From an uncultured Bacillales bacterium (GTDB taxonomy: Bacteria > Bacillota_I > Bacilli_A > RF39 > UBA660): a stretch of 64,000 bases of DNA. The notes beneath the pieces are model-generated. The model was not told the DNA's origin and made no database searches. It was given only the letters and a program-made list of their open reading frames with translations. This document shows, in pieces, positions 19,281-29,420 of the stretch. The DNA is taken from positions 12,733 to 76,732 of the forward strand of contig CAMOSQ010000001.1 in NCBI GenBank assembly GCA_946624985.1, written 5' to 3'. Made by a program: the position numbers and the translations under genes. Position 1 is the first letter of the stretch; each line of letters opens with the position of its first letter.

Positions 19281-20183
19281 ATGGACAAGACATTATTAAT
19301 TATGGCTGCTGGTATGGGAAGCAGATTTGGTGGTTTAAAACAAATTGAACCAGTAGGTCCTAATGGAGAATTTATAATTGATTATTCAATTTATGATGCT
19401 GTTAAGGCTGGTTTTACTAAGGTTGTTTTTGTCATTAAAGAGGAAAATTTTGAAATATTTAAGGAGACTGTTGGTAATAGGGTTTCTAATCATATTAAAG
19501 TAGAGTATGCTTTTCAAGATATGGATAAGTTACCTCTTGGTTTTACACGTCCAATCGATCGTGAGAAACCTTGGGGAACTTCTCATGCAATTTTAGCTGC
19601 AAAGGATTTAATTCATGAGAATTTTGCGATTATAAATGCTGATGATTTTTATGGTCGTGATGCATATTATGTTATGTCTAAATTTTTAGATGAAAATTAT
19701 ATTGATAATACATATTGTGTAGTTGGGTATAGACTAGGTAATACATTATCTCTTAATGGATCTGTTAAGCGTGGTGTTTGTCATAATGAAAATGGTTATT
19801 TAACTGAACTTATTGAGAGTAAGGTTGAAAGAGTTGAAGGTGGTATTGTAGCTAGTCCACTTGATGGAAGTGCTTCATTTAGTGTTACTGATGATACTTT
19901 AGTTAGTATGAATATGCTTGGATTTAATACTAGTATATTTAATTATATTGAAGAGAATTTTCCTAAATATTTATCTCTTCATATGGATAATATTCTTACT
20001 TGTGAATATTTAATTCCTGATACTGTTTTTGATGCTATGAAGAAAGGTTTTTGTAAGGTTAAATTATTAAGTACTACTGCTAAGTGGCAAGGTATAACTT
20101 ATAGAGAAGATAAGCAATTGGTTATTGATGAAATTAATGGTTTAATAAATGAAGGAGTTTATCCATCTAAATTATGGGATTAG
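19281..20183 (+). CDS. Sugar-phosphate nucleotidyltransferase
   Basis: MDKTLLIMAAGMGSRFGGLKQ (GxGxR NTP-transferase loop). ATG 19281 lies just after the ychF stop. Confidence 0.75.
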   Translation: MDKTLLIMAAGMGSRFGGLKQIEPVGPNGEFIIDYSIYDAVKAGFTKVVFVIKEENFEIFKETVGNRVSNHIKVEYAFQDMDKLPLGFTRPIDREKPWGTSHAILAAKDLIHENFAIINADDFYGRDAYYVMSKFLDENYIDNTYCVVGYRLGNTLSLNGSVKRGVCHNENGYLTELIESKVERVEGGIVASPLDGSASFSVTDDTLVSMNMLGFNTSIFNYIEENFPKYLSLHMDNILTCEYLIPDTVFDAMKKGFCKVKLLSTTAKWQGITYREDKQLVIDEINGLINEGVYPSKLWD

Positions 20184-21556
20184 AAATTTCAAAAAAATTA
20201 TCTAGGGTTTTTATATATATTTCTATAATTATATTTTTCCTAGTTTTTTTATTATATTTATGTACTAATAGTTTTATTTACTTTATTGTTTTATTAATTT
20301 TATCTATTTTTTTATCTAAAAAACTTAAACATTTTGGATTGTTTTTATTGCTTATTAGTTTTTTTGTAAGGTTATTATTTATTCTTATATTTAAGTTTCC
20401 TCAATTAGATGATTTTTCTACTTTACTTGAAGCATCTCATATGTTTTCTCATGGCGATTACTCTTTTAGTTCTTGGTTTCATTTTCGTACCTGGGGATAT
20501 CAAACTGGGTTTGTAATTTATCAGGGTATTTTGCTTAAATTATTTAATAGTGAATTTTTACTTAAGTTATTAAATATTATTTATTCTTCTTGTCTTGTTT
20601 TGTTTATTTATAAAGTTGGTAGAAGAATAAGTGATGAAAAAAGTGCTAGAATTGTTTCTCTTTTATATATGATTTTTCCATTTCATATGTTTTTAAATTC
20701 AATAATGGCTAATCATCATTTAGCTACATTGTTTATGTATTTAGGAATTTTGTTTTTGATTAAGAAGAATAAATCATTTAAGGATTATATTATAGGAGGA
20801 CTTTTAATTAGTTTAGGTAATATTATTAGACCGGAAGGAATTATTGTTGTTTGTTCATTTTTGGTTTATGAGTTCTTTTTGCTTGATAAAAATAAGATAC
20901 TTAATACTATTATTAGAGTTGTTTCATTTTTAGTTGTTTATTTGAGTATTGGATTTTGTGCTTCATTTTTAGTTATTAAGACAGGGGTTAATCCATCTGG
21001 TTTAAGTAATAAAGATCCTTTATGGAAATTTATTTTAGGTTTTAATTATAATACTTGTGGTTATTATGAGGATTCTGATAGTCAATATCAGATTAATCGT
21101 GAGACTGAGCTTTCTATTATTAAAGAAAGGGCTTTATCTGATTTACCTCGTACTGGTAGATTAATGTTGTGTAAGATTGACCATTTTTGGTTGCAATCAG
21201 ATTTAAATATGGAGACTGGTCAATATAGTGATAGGACTTTTAATTTATTTGGTTATAATATTAAGATGGGTAGTATTTTAGATAAAGTTATTAGTGTTAA
21301 TGGGTATATTTATATGTTTGTGTTTGTTATGTTTTTTATTGGTATCTTTATTAATAGAAAGAGATTGTCTAATGAAGCATTGTTTTTACTTATTATGTGT
21401 GTTATTACTTTCTTTGTATTTTTACTTATAGAGATTCAACCTAGGTATGCATATTTTATACATATATCTATATTTATATTAGCTTCTTTAGGTGTTAAAT
21501 TTATTTATGATTTTATTGATAGATTAAATATAAAATATTTAAAAAAGGTATTGTAA
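20174..21556 (+). CDS. Polytopic membrane glycosyltransferase, GT-C (ArnT/PMT-like) fold candidate
   Basis: 460 aa, about 11-12 TM. Acidic first loop (FPQLDDFSTLLEAS). 4-codon overlap with the upstream nucleotidyltransferase. Confidence 0.5.
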   Translation: MGLEISKKLSRVFIYISIIIFFLVFLLYLCTNSFIYFIVLLILSIFLSKKLKHFGLFLLLISFFVRLLFILIFKFPQLDDFSTLLEASHMFSHGDYSFSSWFHFRTWGYQTGFVIYQGILLKLFNSEFLLKLLNIIYSSCLVLFIYKVGRRISDEKSARIVSLLYMIFPFHMFLNSIMANHHLATLFMYLGILFLIKKNKSFKDYIIGGLLISLGNIIRPEGIIVVCSFLVYEFFLLDKNKILNTIIRVVSFLVVYLSIGFCASFLVIKTGVNPSGLSNKDPLWKFILGFNYNTCGYYEDSDSQYQINRETELSIIKERALSDLPRTGRLMLCKIDHFWLQSDLNMETGQYSDRTFNLFGYNIKMGSILDKVISVNGYIYMFVFVMFFIGIFINRKRLSNEALFLLIMCVITFFVFLLIEIQPRYAYFIHISIFILASLGVKFIYDFIDRLNIKYLKKVL

Positions 21557-21604
21557 AATATCTTTTTATTTGTTATAATTTCATACGAGTATTTATTACT
21601 CCTT

Positions 21605-21622
21605 GCTTAATATTATTTAAGC
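21605..21622 (+). promoter_or_regulatory. Leader hairpin upstream of rpsF (possible S6:S18 autoregulatory leader)
   Basis: Perfect hairpin gcttaa-tattat-ttaagc followed by CGG, 25 nt before the rpsF ATG. TTGTTATAAT promoter-like element at about 21580. Confidence 0.3.
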
Positions 21623-21647
21623 CGGTAGACCAAAGGGAGGTGTAGAA

Positions 21648-21935
21648 ATGAAAAATTATGAAATAATGTTCATTGTTAAAACTACTATTGGAGAAGATGA
21701 AGTTAAAGCTACTTCTAAGAAGTTCCGAGATATTTTGACTAATGATGGGGCTAAGATTGTTGATTTTAATGAAATGGGTCAAAGAGAATTAGCTTATGAA
21801 ATTAAAGATTGCAAGACTGGTTTTTACTTTGTAATTACTTGTGAAGCTTCTGATAAGACTGTTAAAGAGTTTGATCGTTTAGCTGCAATCGATAGTAATG
21901 TTTTAAGACATTTAATTATTAATAAAGAAAAGTAA
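21648..21935 (+). CDS. rpsF: 30S ribosomal protein S6
   Basis: MKNYEIMFIV...; rpsF-ssb-rpsR synteny. Confidence 0.95.
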   Translation: MKNYEIMFIVKTTIGEDEVKATSKKFRDILTNDGAKIVDFNEMGQRELAYEIKDCKTGFYFVITCEASDKTVKEFDRLAAIDSNVLRHLIINKEK

Positions 21936-21946
21936 TGAGGTAAAGT

Positions 21947-22399
21947 ATGAATAGAGTAACTTTAGTTGGTAGATTAACTGCTAAGCCTGAGCTTAGATAT
22001 ACAGGATCTAATTTACCTTATGCAAGATTTACTGTTGCGGTAAATAGAAATTTTAGAAATAATGATGGTCAAACAGAGGCTGATTTTATTAGTGTTATTG
22101 TTTGGAGAAAACAAGCTGAGAATGTTTGTAATTTCTTAGACAAGGGTAGACTTGTATCAGTTGATGGTAGACTACAAACAGGAAGTTATACTGATAAGGA
22201 TGGAAATCGTAGATTTACTACTGATGTTGTTGCTGATAGTGTTCAATTTTTAGAAAGTAAGAATTCTAGAAGTGAAGGCGCTGTAAGTGATGGTCCTAGT
22301 CCTTATGATTATCAAGATGCTCCTGATGTAAATGTGTCTGAAGATCCATTTGCTGATTTTGGAGATAGTGTTTCAATTGATGATAACTTCTTAGATTAA
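21947..22399 (+). CDS. ssb: Single-stranded DNA-binding protein
   Basis: [21 protein letters not shown] fold; acidic C-terminal tail ending IDDNFLD. Confidence 0.95.
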   Translation: MNRVTLVGRLTAKPELRYTGSNLPYARFTVAVNRNFRNNDGQTEADFISVIVWRKQAENVCNFLDKGRLVSVDGRLQTGSYTDKDGNRRFTTDVVADSVQFLESKNSRSEGAVSDGPSPYDYQDAPDVNVSEDPFADFGDSVSIDDNFLD

Positions 22400-22413
22400 G
22401 AGGAGGAATTATA

Positions 22414-22632
22414 ATGGCAGAGTTTTTTAGAAAAAAGAAAAAAGTATGTCCAATGTGTGCTGGTAAAGAAGTAGATTATAAAAATATTGATGTTATTAGT
22501 AAGTTTGTAAGTAAAGATAAGGCTAAGATTTTACCAAGAAGAGTAACTGGATGTTGTGCTGAACATCAAAGATTTGCTGCTCTTCAAGTTAAAAGAGCAC
22601 GTTTCATGGCATTACTTCCATTTGTTAAGTAA
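22414..22632 (+). CDS. rpsR: 30S ribosomal protein S18 (zinc-binding C+ type)
   Basis: [15 protein letters not shown]...[15 protein letters not shown]...ALLPF; Cys pattern CxxC...C..H as in C+ S18. Confidence 0.95.
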   Translation: MAEFFRKKKKVCPMCAGKEVDYKNIDVISKFVSKDKAKILPRRVTGCCAEHQRFAALQVKRARFMALLPFVK

Positions 22633-22637
22633 TTTGT

Positions 22638-22666
22638 AAAGGTAGTTTTTATAACTATCTTTTTTG
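22638..22666 (+). terminator. Rho-independent terminator after rpsR
   Basis: aaaggtagtt / aactatcttt stem (one G-U pair) followed by a T-run. Confidence 0.6.
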
Positions 22667-22716
22667 TTGATAAATTATTTTTTGTGTGTTATTATTTAGA
22701 TAGTAGGAGGAATGTT

Positions 22717-22839
22717 ATGATGGAGTTGGCAAAAAAAAAGGTTGATACTGGATTAGGAATTTTACTTATTTGTTTGTTTAGTACTATTTATATGTTGATT
22801 GGTTATATTGTGATTATGAGTAATGTTGTATGGTATTAG
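22717..22839 (+). CDS. 40-aa single-TM peptide, paralogous to the N-terminus of the next gene (possible remnant)
   Basis: GGAGG upstream. MMELAKKKVDTGLGILLICLFSTIYMLIGYIVIMSNVVWY resembles MEWKKNIDTNLGITIILVFAALFTIVDFYVI of the 22861 ORF, at DNA level too. Confidence 0.35.
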   Translation: MMELAKKKVDTGLGILLICLFSTIYMLIGYIVIMSNVVWY

Positions 22840-22860
22840 TTAGATTAAGGAGAAATTTTT

Positions 22861-24132
22861 ATGGAATGGAAGAAAAATATTGATACAAATTTAGGTATTA
22901 CAATTATTTTAGTGTTTGCTGCGCTATTCACAATTGTTGATTTTTATGTAATAGGATCGGAATTAGATGGTTATCCTTTTAATGATTTAAGTGATGAAGT
23001 TGTTATTGAGGATAAGGATACTGTTGTTGAGGATAAAGATGTAGTTGATGTAGAGGATAGTGTTTTGGTGTATGATCATTATACTAAAGATGAATCTGGA
23101 CATTATGTATTGACTGGTATTGTTGACAGGTATTATAAGTATAATGCATTTGAATATCATGTTATTGTTAAAGGTAATTCTGTATTTGTTAATGATGTTG
23201 AGGTTTTTAGATGTGGTAGTGTAGATATAACATCTGTTTATTTGATTAAAGATATAATTGCTATATTGTATGGCAATAATCATTTAGTTTTTGTTGATAT
23301 GAACGGTAATGTTTTGAAAGACATAGAGAATACATATAATTATTCTGTTGTAGGTGTTGAAATTTCTACTGAAATAGATAATTATACCGCTAGGGATGAT
23401 GAGATATATGAATATCATAATTACGATAAAGTGTCATTTTCATATTTAGGTGATGGTAAATTTTCTGATTTTAATGTTATTGGAAAGGGATCTGCTGTTG
23501 GAGTAACGCCTGATACCTGTATCGATAGTAAGGAGCGTTGCTTGCTATATGATAAAAACGGTGTTAAGGTTGAGTCTTCTTGGGACGATGATAGAGATAA
23601 TTGGGGGGCAGTAGTGTCTGTTAATGGTAAACCTATAAAGTTGGATGGTTATAGGATTCATGAAATTAAATTTACCAATGATAAATATTTGTATATTAGT
23701 GGTTCTTCTGGAACCGGAAATGGTAGACCTGCATTTTTTCTAATAGCTGATTTAGATGCGAATGTTATTTCTACTATTGATTGGGATTCGTTAAGTGGTG
23801 TGCATATGTATAATTATTCTACTTCTTTTGAGAATGGTAAAATTACTTATGATGCAGTGCAAGAAGGTTCTTATGTTGAATATGCTTGTAAAAGAATGTT
23901 AGAAATTGAGGAGGGACCTTTAGTCATAAAATCATATGATGATGCTGTCTATGTAAAAAATGAATATCAATATATTGGTGATGGGAAGGTTTCTAGGATA
24001 AATCGTATTGAAAAAACATTTGGTAATTATATGAAGGAATTAACCGGATATGAAAATTGTCAAGATGCAATTAATAATATTGATTCTTGGAAATCTAAAG
24101 ATAGTGTATATACATTTTATGGAGTAAAATGA
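22861..24132 (+). CDS. N-terminally membrane-anchored protein, unknown function (423 aa)
   Basis: Single TM, acidic DKD/VVED repeat linker, then a beta-rich Y/N/D/G-rich ectodomain. No motif I recognise. AAGGAG RBS. Confidence 0.6.
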   Translation: MEWKKNIDTNLGITIILVFAALFTIVDFYVIGSELDGYPFNDLSDEVVIEDKDTVVEDKDVVDVEDSVLVYDHYTKDESGHYVLTGIVDRYYKYNAFEYHVIVKGNSVFVNDVEVFRCGSVDITSVYLIKDIIAILYGNNHLVFVDMNGNVLKDIENTYNYSVVGVEISTEIDNYTARDDEIYEYHNYDKVSFSYLGDGKFSDFNVIGKGSAVGVTPDTCIDSKERCLLYDKNGVKVESSWDDDRDNWGAVVSVNGKPIKLDGYRIHEIKFTNDKYLYISGSSGTGNGRPAFFLIADLDANVISTIDWDSLSGVHMYNYSTSFENGKITYDAVQEGSYVEYACKRMLEIEEGPLVIKSYDDAVYVKNEYQYIGDGKVSRINRIEKTFGNYMKELTGYENCQDAINNIDSWKSKDSVYTFYGVK

Positions 24133-24151
24133 GATTAATTTCTCATTTTTT
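24129..24151 (+). terminator. Rho-independent terminator
   Basis: atgaga-ttaatt-tctcat followed by tttttt; overlaps the stop codon. Confidence 0.55.
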
Positions 24152-24191
24152 CTTTTTGTTTGAAAAAAATTAAAAAAAGTTGAAAAAAGTG

Positions 24192-24220
24192 TTGATTTTC
24201 AATACTAAATAAGATATAAT
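24192..24220 (+). promoter_or_regulatory. Sigma-A type promoter of the S10 operon
   Basis: TTGATT (24192-24197), 17-nt spacer, TATAAT (24215-24220). Confidence 0.6.
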
Positions 24221-24226
24221 TTTGGA

Positions 24227-24340
24227 TGTGTGGCATGCATTGATGTGTGAGGTTGCTGATACACTAGGTTAAGTTGTTAAACAATTTATGCTTAGCATCA
24301 GGTTTTTACACGGAGCAAGTCTATACTAGATATAGGCGAA
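24227..24340 (+). promoter_or_regulatory. Long 5' leader of the S10 operon (candidate L4-mediated autoregulatory leader)
   Basis: About 125-nt untranslated, comparatively GC-rich leader between promoter and rpsJ RBS (GGGAGG). I could not fold it confidently by eye. Confidence 0.3.
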
Positions 24341-24352
24341 GGGAGGATACAT

Positions 24353-24664
24353 ATGTCTAATACTAAAGTTCGTATTAAGTTGAGAGCATATGATCACAAG
24401 ATTTTAGATAATGCTTGTGCTAAAATAATCGAAACTGTTAAAAGAACTGGTGGTGAAGTTAGCGGTCCTATTCCACTTCCAACTGAAGTTGAAAAGATCA
24501 CTATCTTAAGAGCTGTTCACAAGTATAAAGATTCTCGTGAACAATTCGAAAAAAGAACACACAAAAGACTTATTGATGTTATCAATCCAAGTAAGGAAAC
24601 TATTGAGGCATTAACTCATTTAGATATTCCAAGTGGTGTTGATATTAAAATCAAACAAAATTAA
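24353..24664 (+). CDS. rpsJ: 30S ribosomal protein S10
   Basis: [15 protein letters not shown]...; first gene of the S10 operon. Confidence 0.97.
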   Translation: MSNTKVRIKLRAYDHKILDNACAKIIETVKRTGGEVSGPIPLPTEVEKITILRAVHKYKDSREQFEKRTHKRLIDVINPSKETIEALTHLDIPSGVDIKIKQN

Positions 24665-24682
24665 TTATAGGAGGAAAAATTT

Positions 24683-25441
24683 ATGAAAAAAGGAATCTTA
24701 GGTCGTAAATTAGGAATGACTCAAGTATTTACTAAATCTGGTAAATTGATTCCTGTAACTGTTATTTCAGTTGAACCTAATGTTGTTACTCAAATTAAGA
24801 CAGTTGAAAATGATGGTTATGAGGCTATTCAATTAGGATTTGATACAAAGAGAGAAAAGTTAGCGACTAAAGCTTCTATTGGTCATACCAATAAGGCAAA
24901 CACTACACCTAAGCGCTTCTTTAGAGAAATTAGAGGTGTAGAAATTAACAATTATTCTTTAGGTCAAGAAATTTCATGTGATATTTTTGAAGCTGGAGAA
25001 GTTGTTGATGTTACAGGAACTACAAAAGGTCATGGGTTCCAAGGTGTTATTAAAAGACACGGACAAAGTAGAGGACCTATGGGACATGGTTCACATTATC
25101 ACAGAAGACCTGGATCAATGGGTACTATGAGACCAATGCGTGTTTTCAAGGGTAAAAAATTACCTGGACATATGGGAGTTTTAACTGTTACAATTCAAAA
25201 CTTAGAGATTGTTGCAGTTGATAAAGAGAATAATGTAATTTTAGTTAAGGGAAATGTTCCTGGACCAAAGAAGTCATTGGTTGTTATCCAAACATCTGTT
25301 AAGAATCCTGGAAAGGTAAATCCTGCAGAAGAATTAATTTCTTATGTAGAAGAAACTCCAGTTGTAGAGGAGACTCCAGTAGTTGAGGAAACTGTTACTG
25401 AGGAAGTAGCTGAAGAAACAACTGCAGAGAGTGCTGAATAG
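24683..25441 (+). CDS. rplC: 50S ribosomal protein L3 with ~40-aa acidic repeat C-terminal extension
   Basis: [13 protein letters not shown]..., FQGVIKRHG. Tail [30 protein letters not shown]. Confidence 0.97.
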   Translation: MKKGILGRKLGMTQVFTKSGKLIPVTVISVEPNVVTQIKTVENDGYEAIQLGFDTKREKLATKASIGHTNKANTTPKRFFREIRGVEINNYSLGQEISCDIFEAGEVVDVTGTTKGHGFQGVIKRHGQSRGPMGHGSHYHRRPGSMGTMRPMRVFKGKKLPGHMGVLTVTIQNLEIVAVDKENNVILVKGNVPGPKKSLVVIQTSVKNPGKVNPAEELISYVEETPVVEETPVVEETVTEEVAEETTAESAE

Positions 25442-25452
25442 GAGGTATTTGA

Positions 25453-26076
25453 ATGGGTAAATTATCTGTTTTAAATATTAAAGGTGAAAAGACTAGCGAT
25501 ATTTCTTTAAATAAAGATTTATGGGCTATGGAACCAAATGACGCCGTTTTGTATGACGCAATTACATTATCAAGAAACTCTTTAAGACAAGGTACAGCAA
25601 GTACTAAAACACGTAGTGAAGTAAGTGGTGGAGGAATTAAACCATGGAGACAAAAAGGTACTGGTAAAGCTCGTCAAGGAAGTACTAGAGCGCCACATTG
25701 GAGACATGGTGGAGTTGTATTCGGACCACATCCAAGAGATTACGATAAGAAAATGAATCGTAAAGAAAGACGTTTAGCTTTAAAGTCTGCATTAGCTTAT
25801 AAAGCAATTGATAACGAATTAGTTGTTGTTGATTCATTTAAGTTAGAAAGTGCTAAGACTAAAGAAGTTGTAAGCGTATTAGAAAATTTAAAAGTTAGCA
25901 AGAATGTATTAATCGTTGTTGATGAGTTAGATGAAAATATGGTATTAGCTACTCGTAATTTAAGTAATGTTATTTTACTTGAAGCTAGTGAAATAAATGT
26001 ATTAGACATTATATCTGCTGATTACATGGTTGTTACTGAAAAAGCTATCAAGATGATAGAGGAGGTGCTTGTTTAA
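25453..26076 (+). CDS. rplD: 50S ribosomal protein L4
   Basis: [15 protein letters not shown] motif; synteny. Confidence 0.97.
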   Translation: MGKLSVLNIKGEKTSDISLNKDLWAMEPNDAVLYDAITLSRNSLRQGTASTKTRSEVSGGGIKPWRQKGTGKARQGSTRAPHWRHGGVVFGPHPRDYDKKMNRKERRLALKSALAYKAIDNELVVVDSFKLESAKTKEVVSVLENLKVSKNVLIVVDELDENMVLATRNLSNVILLEASEINVLDIISADYMVVTEKAIKMIEEVLV

Positions 26077-26354
26077 TGAGTAATTATAGAGATGTTATTA
26101 AAGCACCAATTATTACTGAAAAGAGTTCTGATTTAGCTAAGAACAATGTTATCGTATTTAGTGTTGATGTTAAAGCTAATAAGACTCAAATCAAGCAAGC
26201 TGTTGAAAAAGTATTCAATGTTAAAGTTGAAAAAGTTAACACTGTTAACGTAAAACCAAAGAAAAAAAGAGTTGGTCGTTATGTTGGTAAGACTAACAAA
26301 GTTAAAAAAGCAATTGTTAAATTATGTGAAGGAAGTTCTATTGAACTTAACTAA
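26076..26354 (+). CDS. rplW: 50S ribosomal protein L23
   Basis: [11 protein letters not shown]...; synteny. Confidence 0.97.
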   Translation: MSNYRDVIKAPIITEKSSDLAKNNVIVFSVDVKANKTQIKQAVEKVFNVKVEKVNTVNVKPKKKRVGRYVGKTNKVKKAIVKLCEGSSIELN

Positions 26355-26365
26355 GGAGGGTATAT

Positions 26366-27196
26366 ATGGCGATTAAAACTTTTAAATCAATAACTAATGG
26401 TACTAGAAATATGTCTAAATTAGTTAATGAAGAAATTACAAGTACTACACCAGAAAAATCTTTATTAGTTTCATTAAAGAAGAATGGTGGACGTAATAAT
26501 CAAGGTAGAATTACTCTAAGACATCGTGGTGGTGGAGCTAAGAGAAAATATCGTTTAATTGATTTCAAGAGAAATAAAGATGGTGTTATTGGAACTGTAG
26601 CTTCTATCGAATACGATCCAAATAGAACTGCTAACATTGCTTTAATTAAATATGCTGATGGAGAAAAAAGATATATTATCGCTCCAAAAGGATTAAAAGT
26701 TGGGGATAAAGTTGAAAGTGGAGCTAAGACTGATATTAAAGTTGGTAACTCTCTAGAACTTGGAAATATTCCTGAAGGTACTTTAGTACATAATATTGAG
26801 TTAAAGGCTGGAAAGGGAGGACAAATCGTTCGTTCTGCTGGATCTAGTGCTCAAATATTAGGTAGTGAAGGAAGATATACATTAATTCGTTTAACTAGTG
26901 GTGAGGTTCGTAAAGTATTAAGTACTTGCCGTGCTACTATTGGTGAAGTTGGAAATGCTGATCACGAATTAGTAAATTTAGGTAAAGCAGGTCGTAAAAG
27001 ACATATGGGTATTAAACCACATGTAAGAGGATCTGTTATGAACCCTAATGATCACCCTCATGGTGGTGGTGAAGGACGTACACCAGTTGGTCGTAAGGGT
27101 CCAGTTACTCCTTGGGGTAAACCTGCATTAGGATACAAGACACGTAGCAATAAAAAACAATCTGATAAGTTAATTGTTCGTCGTCGTAAAAAATAG
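26366..27196 (+). CDS. rplB: 50S ribosomal protein L2
   Basis: [26 protein letters not shown]. Confidence 0.97.
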   Translation: MAIKTFKSITNGTRNMSKLVNEEITSTTPEKSLLVSLKKNGGRNNQGRITLRHRGGGAKRKYRLIDFKRNKDGVIGTVASIEYDPNRTANIALIKYADGEKRYIIAPKGLKVGDKVESGAKTDIKVGNSLELGNIPEGTLVHNIELKAGKGGQIVRSAGSSAQILGSEGRYTLIRLTSGEVRKVLSTCRATIGEVGNADHELVNLGKAGRKRHMGIKPHVRGSVMNPNDHPHGGGEGRTPVGRKGPVTPWGKPALGYKTRSNKKQSDKLIVRRRKK

Positions 27197-27212
27197 GAAA
27201 GGACTATAAGAT

Positions 27213-27485
27213 ATGGCTAGAAGTTTGAAAAAAGGACCTTTTGCTGATAAAAGCTTGTTAGCTAAGGTTTTAAAAGTTAAAGAATCAAGCAAAAAAGAAG
27301 TTATTAAAACTTGGTCTCGTCGTTCAACAATTTATCCTGATTTTGTAGGACTTACATTTGCTGTTCATAATGGTAAGGAATTTATTCCAGTTTATGTAAC
27401 AGAGGATATGGTTGGTCACAAATTAGGTGAGTTTGCATTAACTCGTAAGTTTGGTGGACACGGTGAAAACAAAGATAAGAAATAA
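27213..27485 (+). CDS. rpsS: 30S ribosomal protein S19
   Basis: [10 protein letters not shown]...[24 protein letters not shown]. Confidence 0.97.
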   Translation: MARSLKKGPFADKSLLAKVLKVKESSKKEVIKTWSRRSTIYPDFVGLTFAVHNGKEFIPVYVTEDMVGHKLGEFALTRKFGGHGENKDKK

Positions 27486-27505
27486 TACCGGGAAGGAGGA
27501 CTAAA

Positions 27506-27838
27506 ATGGAAGCAGTAGCGATTGCAAAAGGAGTTAGAATTGCACCTCGTAAGGCTCGTTTAGTTATAGATTTAATACGTGGTAAGAGTGTTATTGAAGC
27601 TGATAAGATTTTAAAGAATATTAATAAAGAATCAGCTAGAATATCAAGAAAAGTTTTAGTTTCTGCTGTTGCAAATGCTGAAAACAATTTAGGTTTAAAT
27701 AAAGAAAACTTATTTGTTAAGGAAGCAATTGTTAACGAAGGACAAACAATGAAAAGAATGAAATTTGGTTCTCGTGGTCACGTAGATCCAATTAAGAAAA
27801 GAACAAGTCACATTAAAATAGTTGTGAGTGAAAAATAA
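27506..27838 (+). CDS. rplV: 50S ribosomal protein L22
   Basis: [17 protein letters not shown]. Confidence 0.97.
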   Translation: MEAVAIAKGVRIAPRKARLVIDLIRGKSVIEADKILKNINKESARISRKVLVSAVANAENNLGLNKENLFVKEAIVNEGQTMKRMKFGSRGHVDPIKKRTSHIKIVVSEK

Positions 27839-27855
27839 ACGAAGGAGGAAAACTC

Positions 27856-28536
27856 GTGGGTCAAAAAGTTAGTCCAATAGGACTTAGAATTGGCATCAAT
27901 AAAACTTGGGAATCTAAGTGGTATGCAGATAATAAAGATTTTGCTAAGTTTTTAAATAATGATGTTAAAATTCGTAAATTTTTATCTAAGAAATTAAAAG
28001 ATGCAGCGGTTGCTAGTATTCTTATTGAAAGAACTGCTAAGAAGACTGATGTAATTATAAATACAGCAAAACCAGGAGTTGTTATTGGTCATGCTGGTGA
28101 TGAAGTTGAAAAACTTCAAAAAGAATTATCAAAATTAGTTAATGAAGATATCATAGTTTCTATTAAAGAAATTAAAAACCCTGATGTTGTAGCTGCACTA
28201 GTTGCAGAAAACATTGCTCATCAAATTGAAAATCGTGTTTCATTTAGAATTGCTCAAAAGAGAGCTATTAGAAATGCGATGAAAGCTGGAGCTAAGGGTA
28301 TTAAGACTGCAGTTTCTGGTCGTTTAGCTGGTGCTGATATGGCGAGAACTGAAGGATATACTGAAGGAAATATTCCTCTTCATACTTTAAGAGCTGATAT
28401 AGATTATGCTCATAAAGAAGCTGATACTACTTATGGTAAGATTGGTGTTAAAGTATGGATTTATAAAGGAGAAATCCTTCCTGAAAAGAAAAATAAGGGA
28501 GGTAATGTAGATGGCAGTCATTCCAAAAAGAACTAA
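27856..28536 (+). CDS. rpsC: 30S ribosomal protein S3
   Basis: GTG start. [15 protein letters not shown] domain; overlaps rplP. Confidence 0.97.
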   Translation: MGQKVSPIGLRIGINKTWESKWYADNKDFAKFLNNDVKIRKFLSKKLKDAAVASILIERTAKKTDVIINTAKPGVVIGHAGDEVEKLQKELSKLVNEDIIVSIKEIKNPDVVAALVAENIAHQIENRVSFRIAQKRAIRNAMKAGAKGIKTAVSGRLAGADMARTEGYTEGNIPLHTLRADIDYAHKEADTTYGKIGVKVWIYKGEILPEKKNKGGNVDGSHSKKN

Positions 28537-28942
28537 GTATAGAAGAACTCATAGATTACCTTATGAAGGTGTTTCTAGAGGAAATACTGAATTACATTTT
28601 GGTGAGTATGGATTACAAGCTTTAGAAGGAGCTTGGATTACTCAACAACAAATAGAGGCAGCTCGTGTTGCTATGACTCGTTACATGAAACGTGGAGGAA
28701 AAGTATTTATTAACATTTTCCCACATCAATCATTAACTAAGATACCTTTGGAAACTCGTATGGGTAAAGGTAAAGGACAACCAGAAGTATGGACTGCTGT
28801 TGTTAAGAAAAATAAGATTATGTTTGAAATAAGTGGAGTTACTGAAGATATTGCTCGTGAAGCATTTAGACTAGCAATGCATAAACTTCCAATCAAATGT
28901 AAATTTGTAAAGAAGGAAAGTGGTGAGACACGTGAAAAATAA
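28511..28942 (+). CDS. rplP: 50S ribosomal protein L16
   Basis: PKRTKYRR...RMGKGKG. Confidence 0.97.
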   Translation: MAVIPKRTKYRRTHRLPYEGVSRGNTELHFGEYGLQALEGAWITQQQIEAARVAMTRYMKRGGKVFINIFPHQSLTKIPLETRMGKGKGQPEVWTAVVKKNKIMFEISGVTEDIAREAFRLAMHKLPIKCKFVKKESGETREK

Positions 28943-29126
28943 TGAAATAAGAAATTTATCTAATGAAGAAATATTAGCTAAAATTGAAGAATATAAAGAA
29001 GAATTATTTAACTTACGTTTAAGTCAAGCTACTGGTAATCTTGAAAAACCTTCAAGAATTAGAGAATTAAGAAAGTTAGTTGCACGTATGAAGACAATTT
29101 TACGTGAACGTGAACTACAAGATTAG
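28932..29126 (+). CDS. rpmC: 50S ribosomal protein L29
   Basis: From GTG 28932, (M)[28 protein letters not shown] aligns with B. subtilis MKANEIRDL... The track start 28920 (also GTG) is a likely extension. Confidence 0.93.
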   Translation: MKNNEIRNLSNEEILAKIEEYKEELFNLRLSQATGNLEKPSRIRELRKLVARMKTILRERELQD

Positions 29127-29136
29127 GAGGTTTATA

Positions 29137-29394
29137 ATGGAAAAGAGAACTCAAGAATTAGTAGGAAAAGTTGTAAGTGATAAATGCGATAAGACTATTA
29201 CAGTAATAGTAGAAACTTACAAGAAAGATCGTTTATATGGTAAACGTGTTAAATATTCTAAGAAATATGCTGCACATGATGAAAAGAATGTTGCAAATGT
29301 AGGTGATACAGTTCGTATTGCTGAAACTAGACCACTATCTAAGACTAAGCATTTCCGTTTAGTTGAAGTAGTAGAAAAAGCAGTTGTTTTATAA
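29137..29394 (+). CDS. rpsQ: 30S ribosomal protein S17
   Basis: [23 protein letters not shown] after AGGAGG; the track start 29104 is an upstream extension. Confidence 0.95.
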   Translation: MEKRTQELVGKVVSDKCDKTITVIVETYKKDRLYGKRVKYSKKYAAHDEKNVANVGDTVRIAETRPLSKTKHFRLVEVVEKAVVL

Positions 29395-29420
29395 TTGCAT
29401 ACGAATAGGAGGATTAATAT

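Noticed and set aside
21573-21782. 69-aa minus-strand ORF overlapping the rpsF leader and start
   Set aside because: It is antisense to rpsF and its leader, with no RBS and no recognisable features.
28922-28940. CACGTGAAA, a core resembling the parS centre (TGTTnCACGTGAAACA)
   Set aside because: The flanks (tgaga/aaaat) do not match the parS arms and the site is within rplP/rpmC. I also found no consensus parS in or near soj-spo0J by eye.
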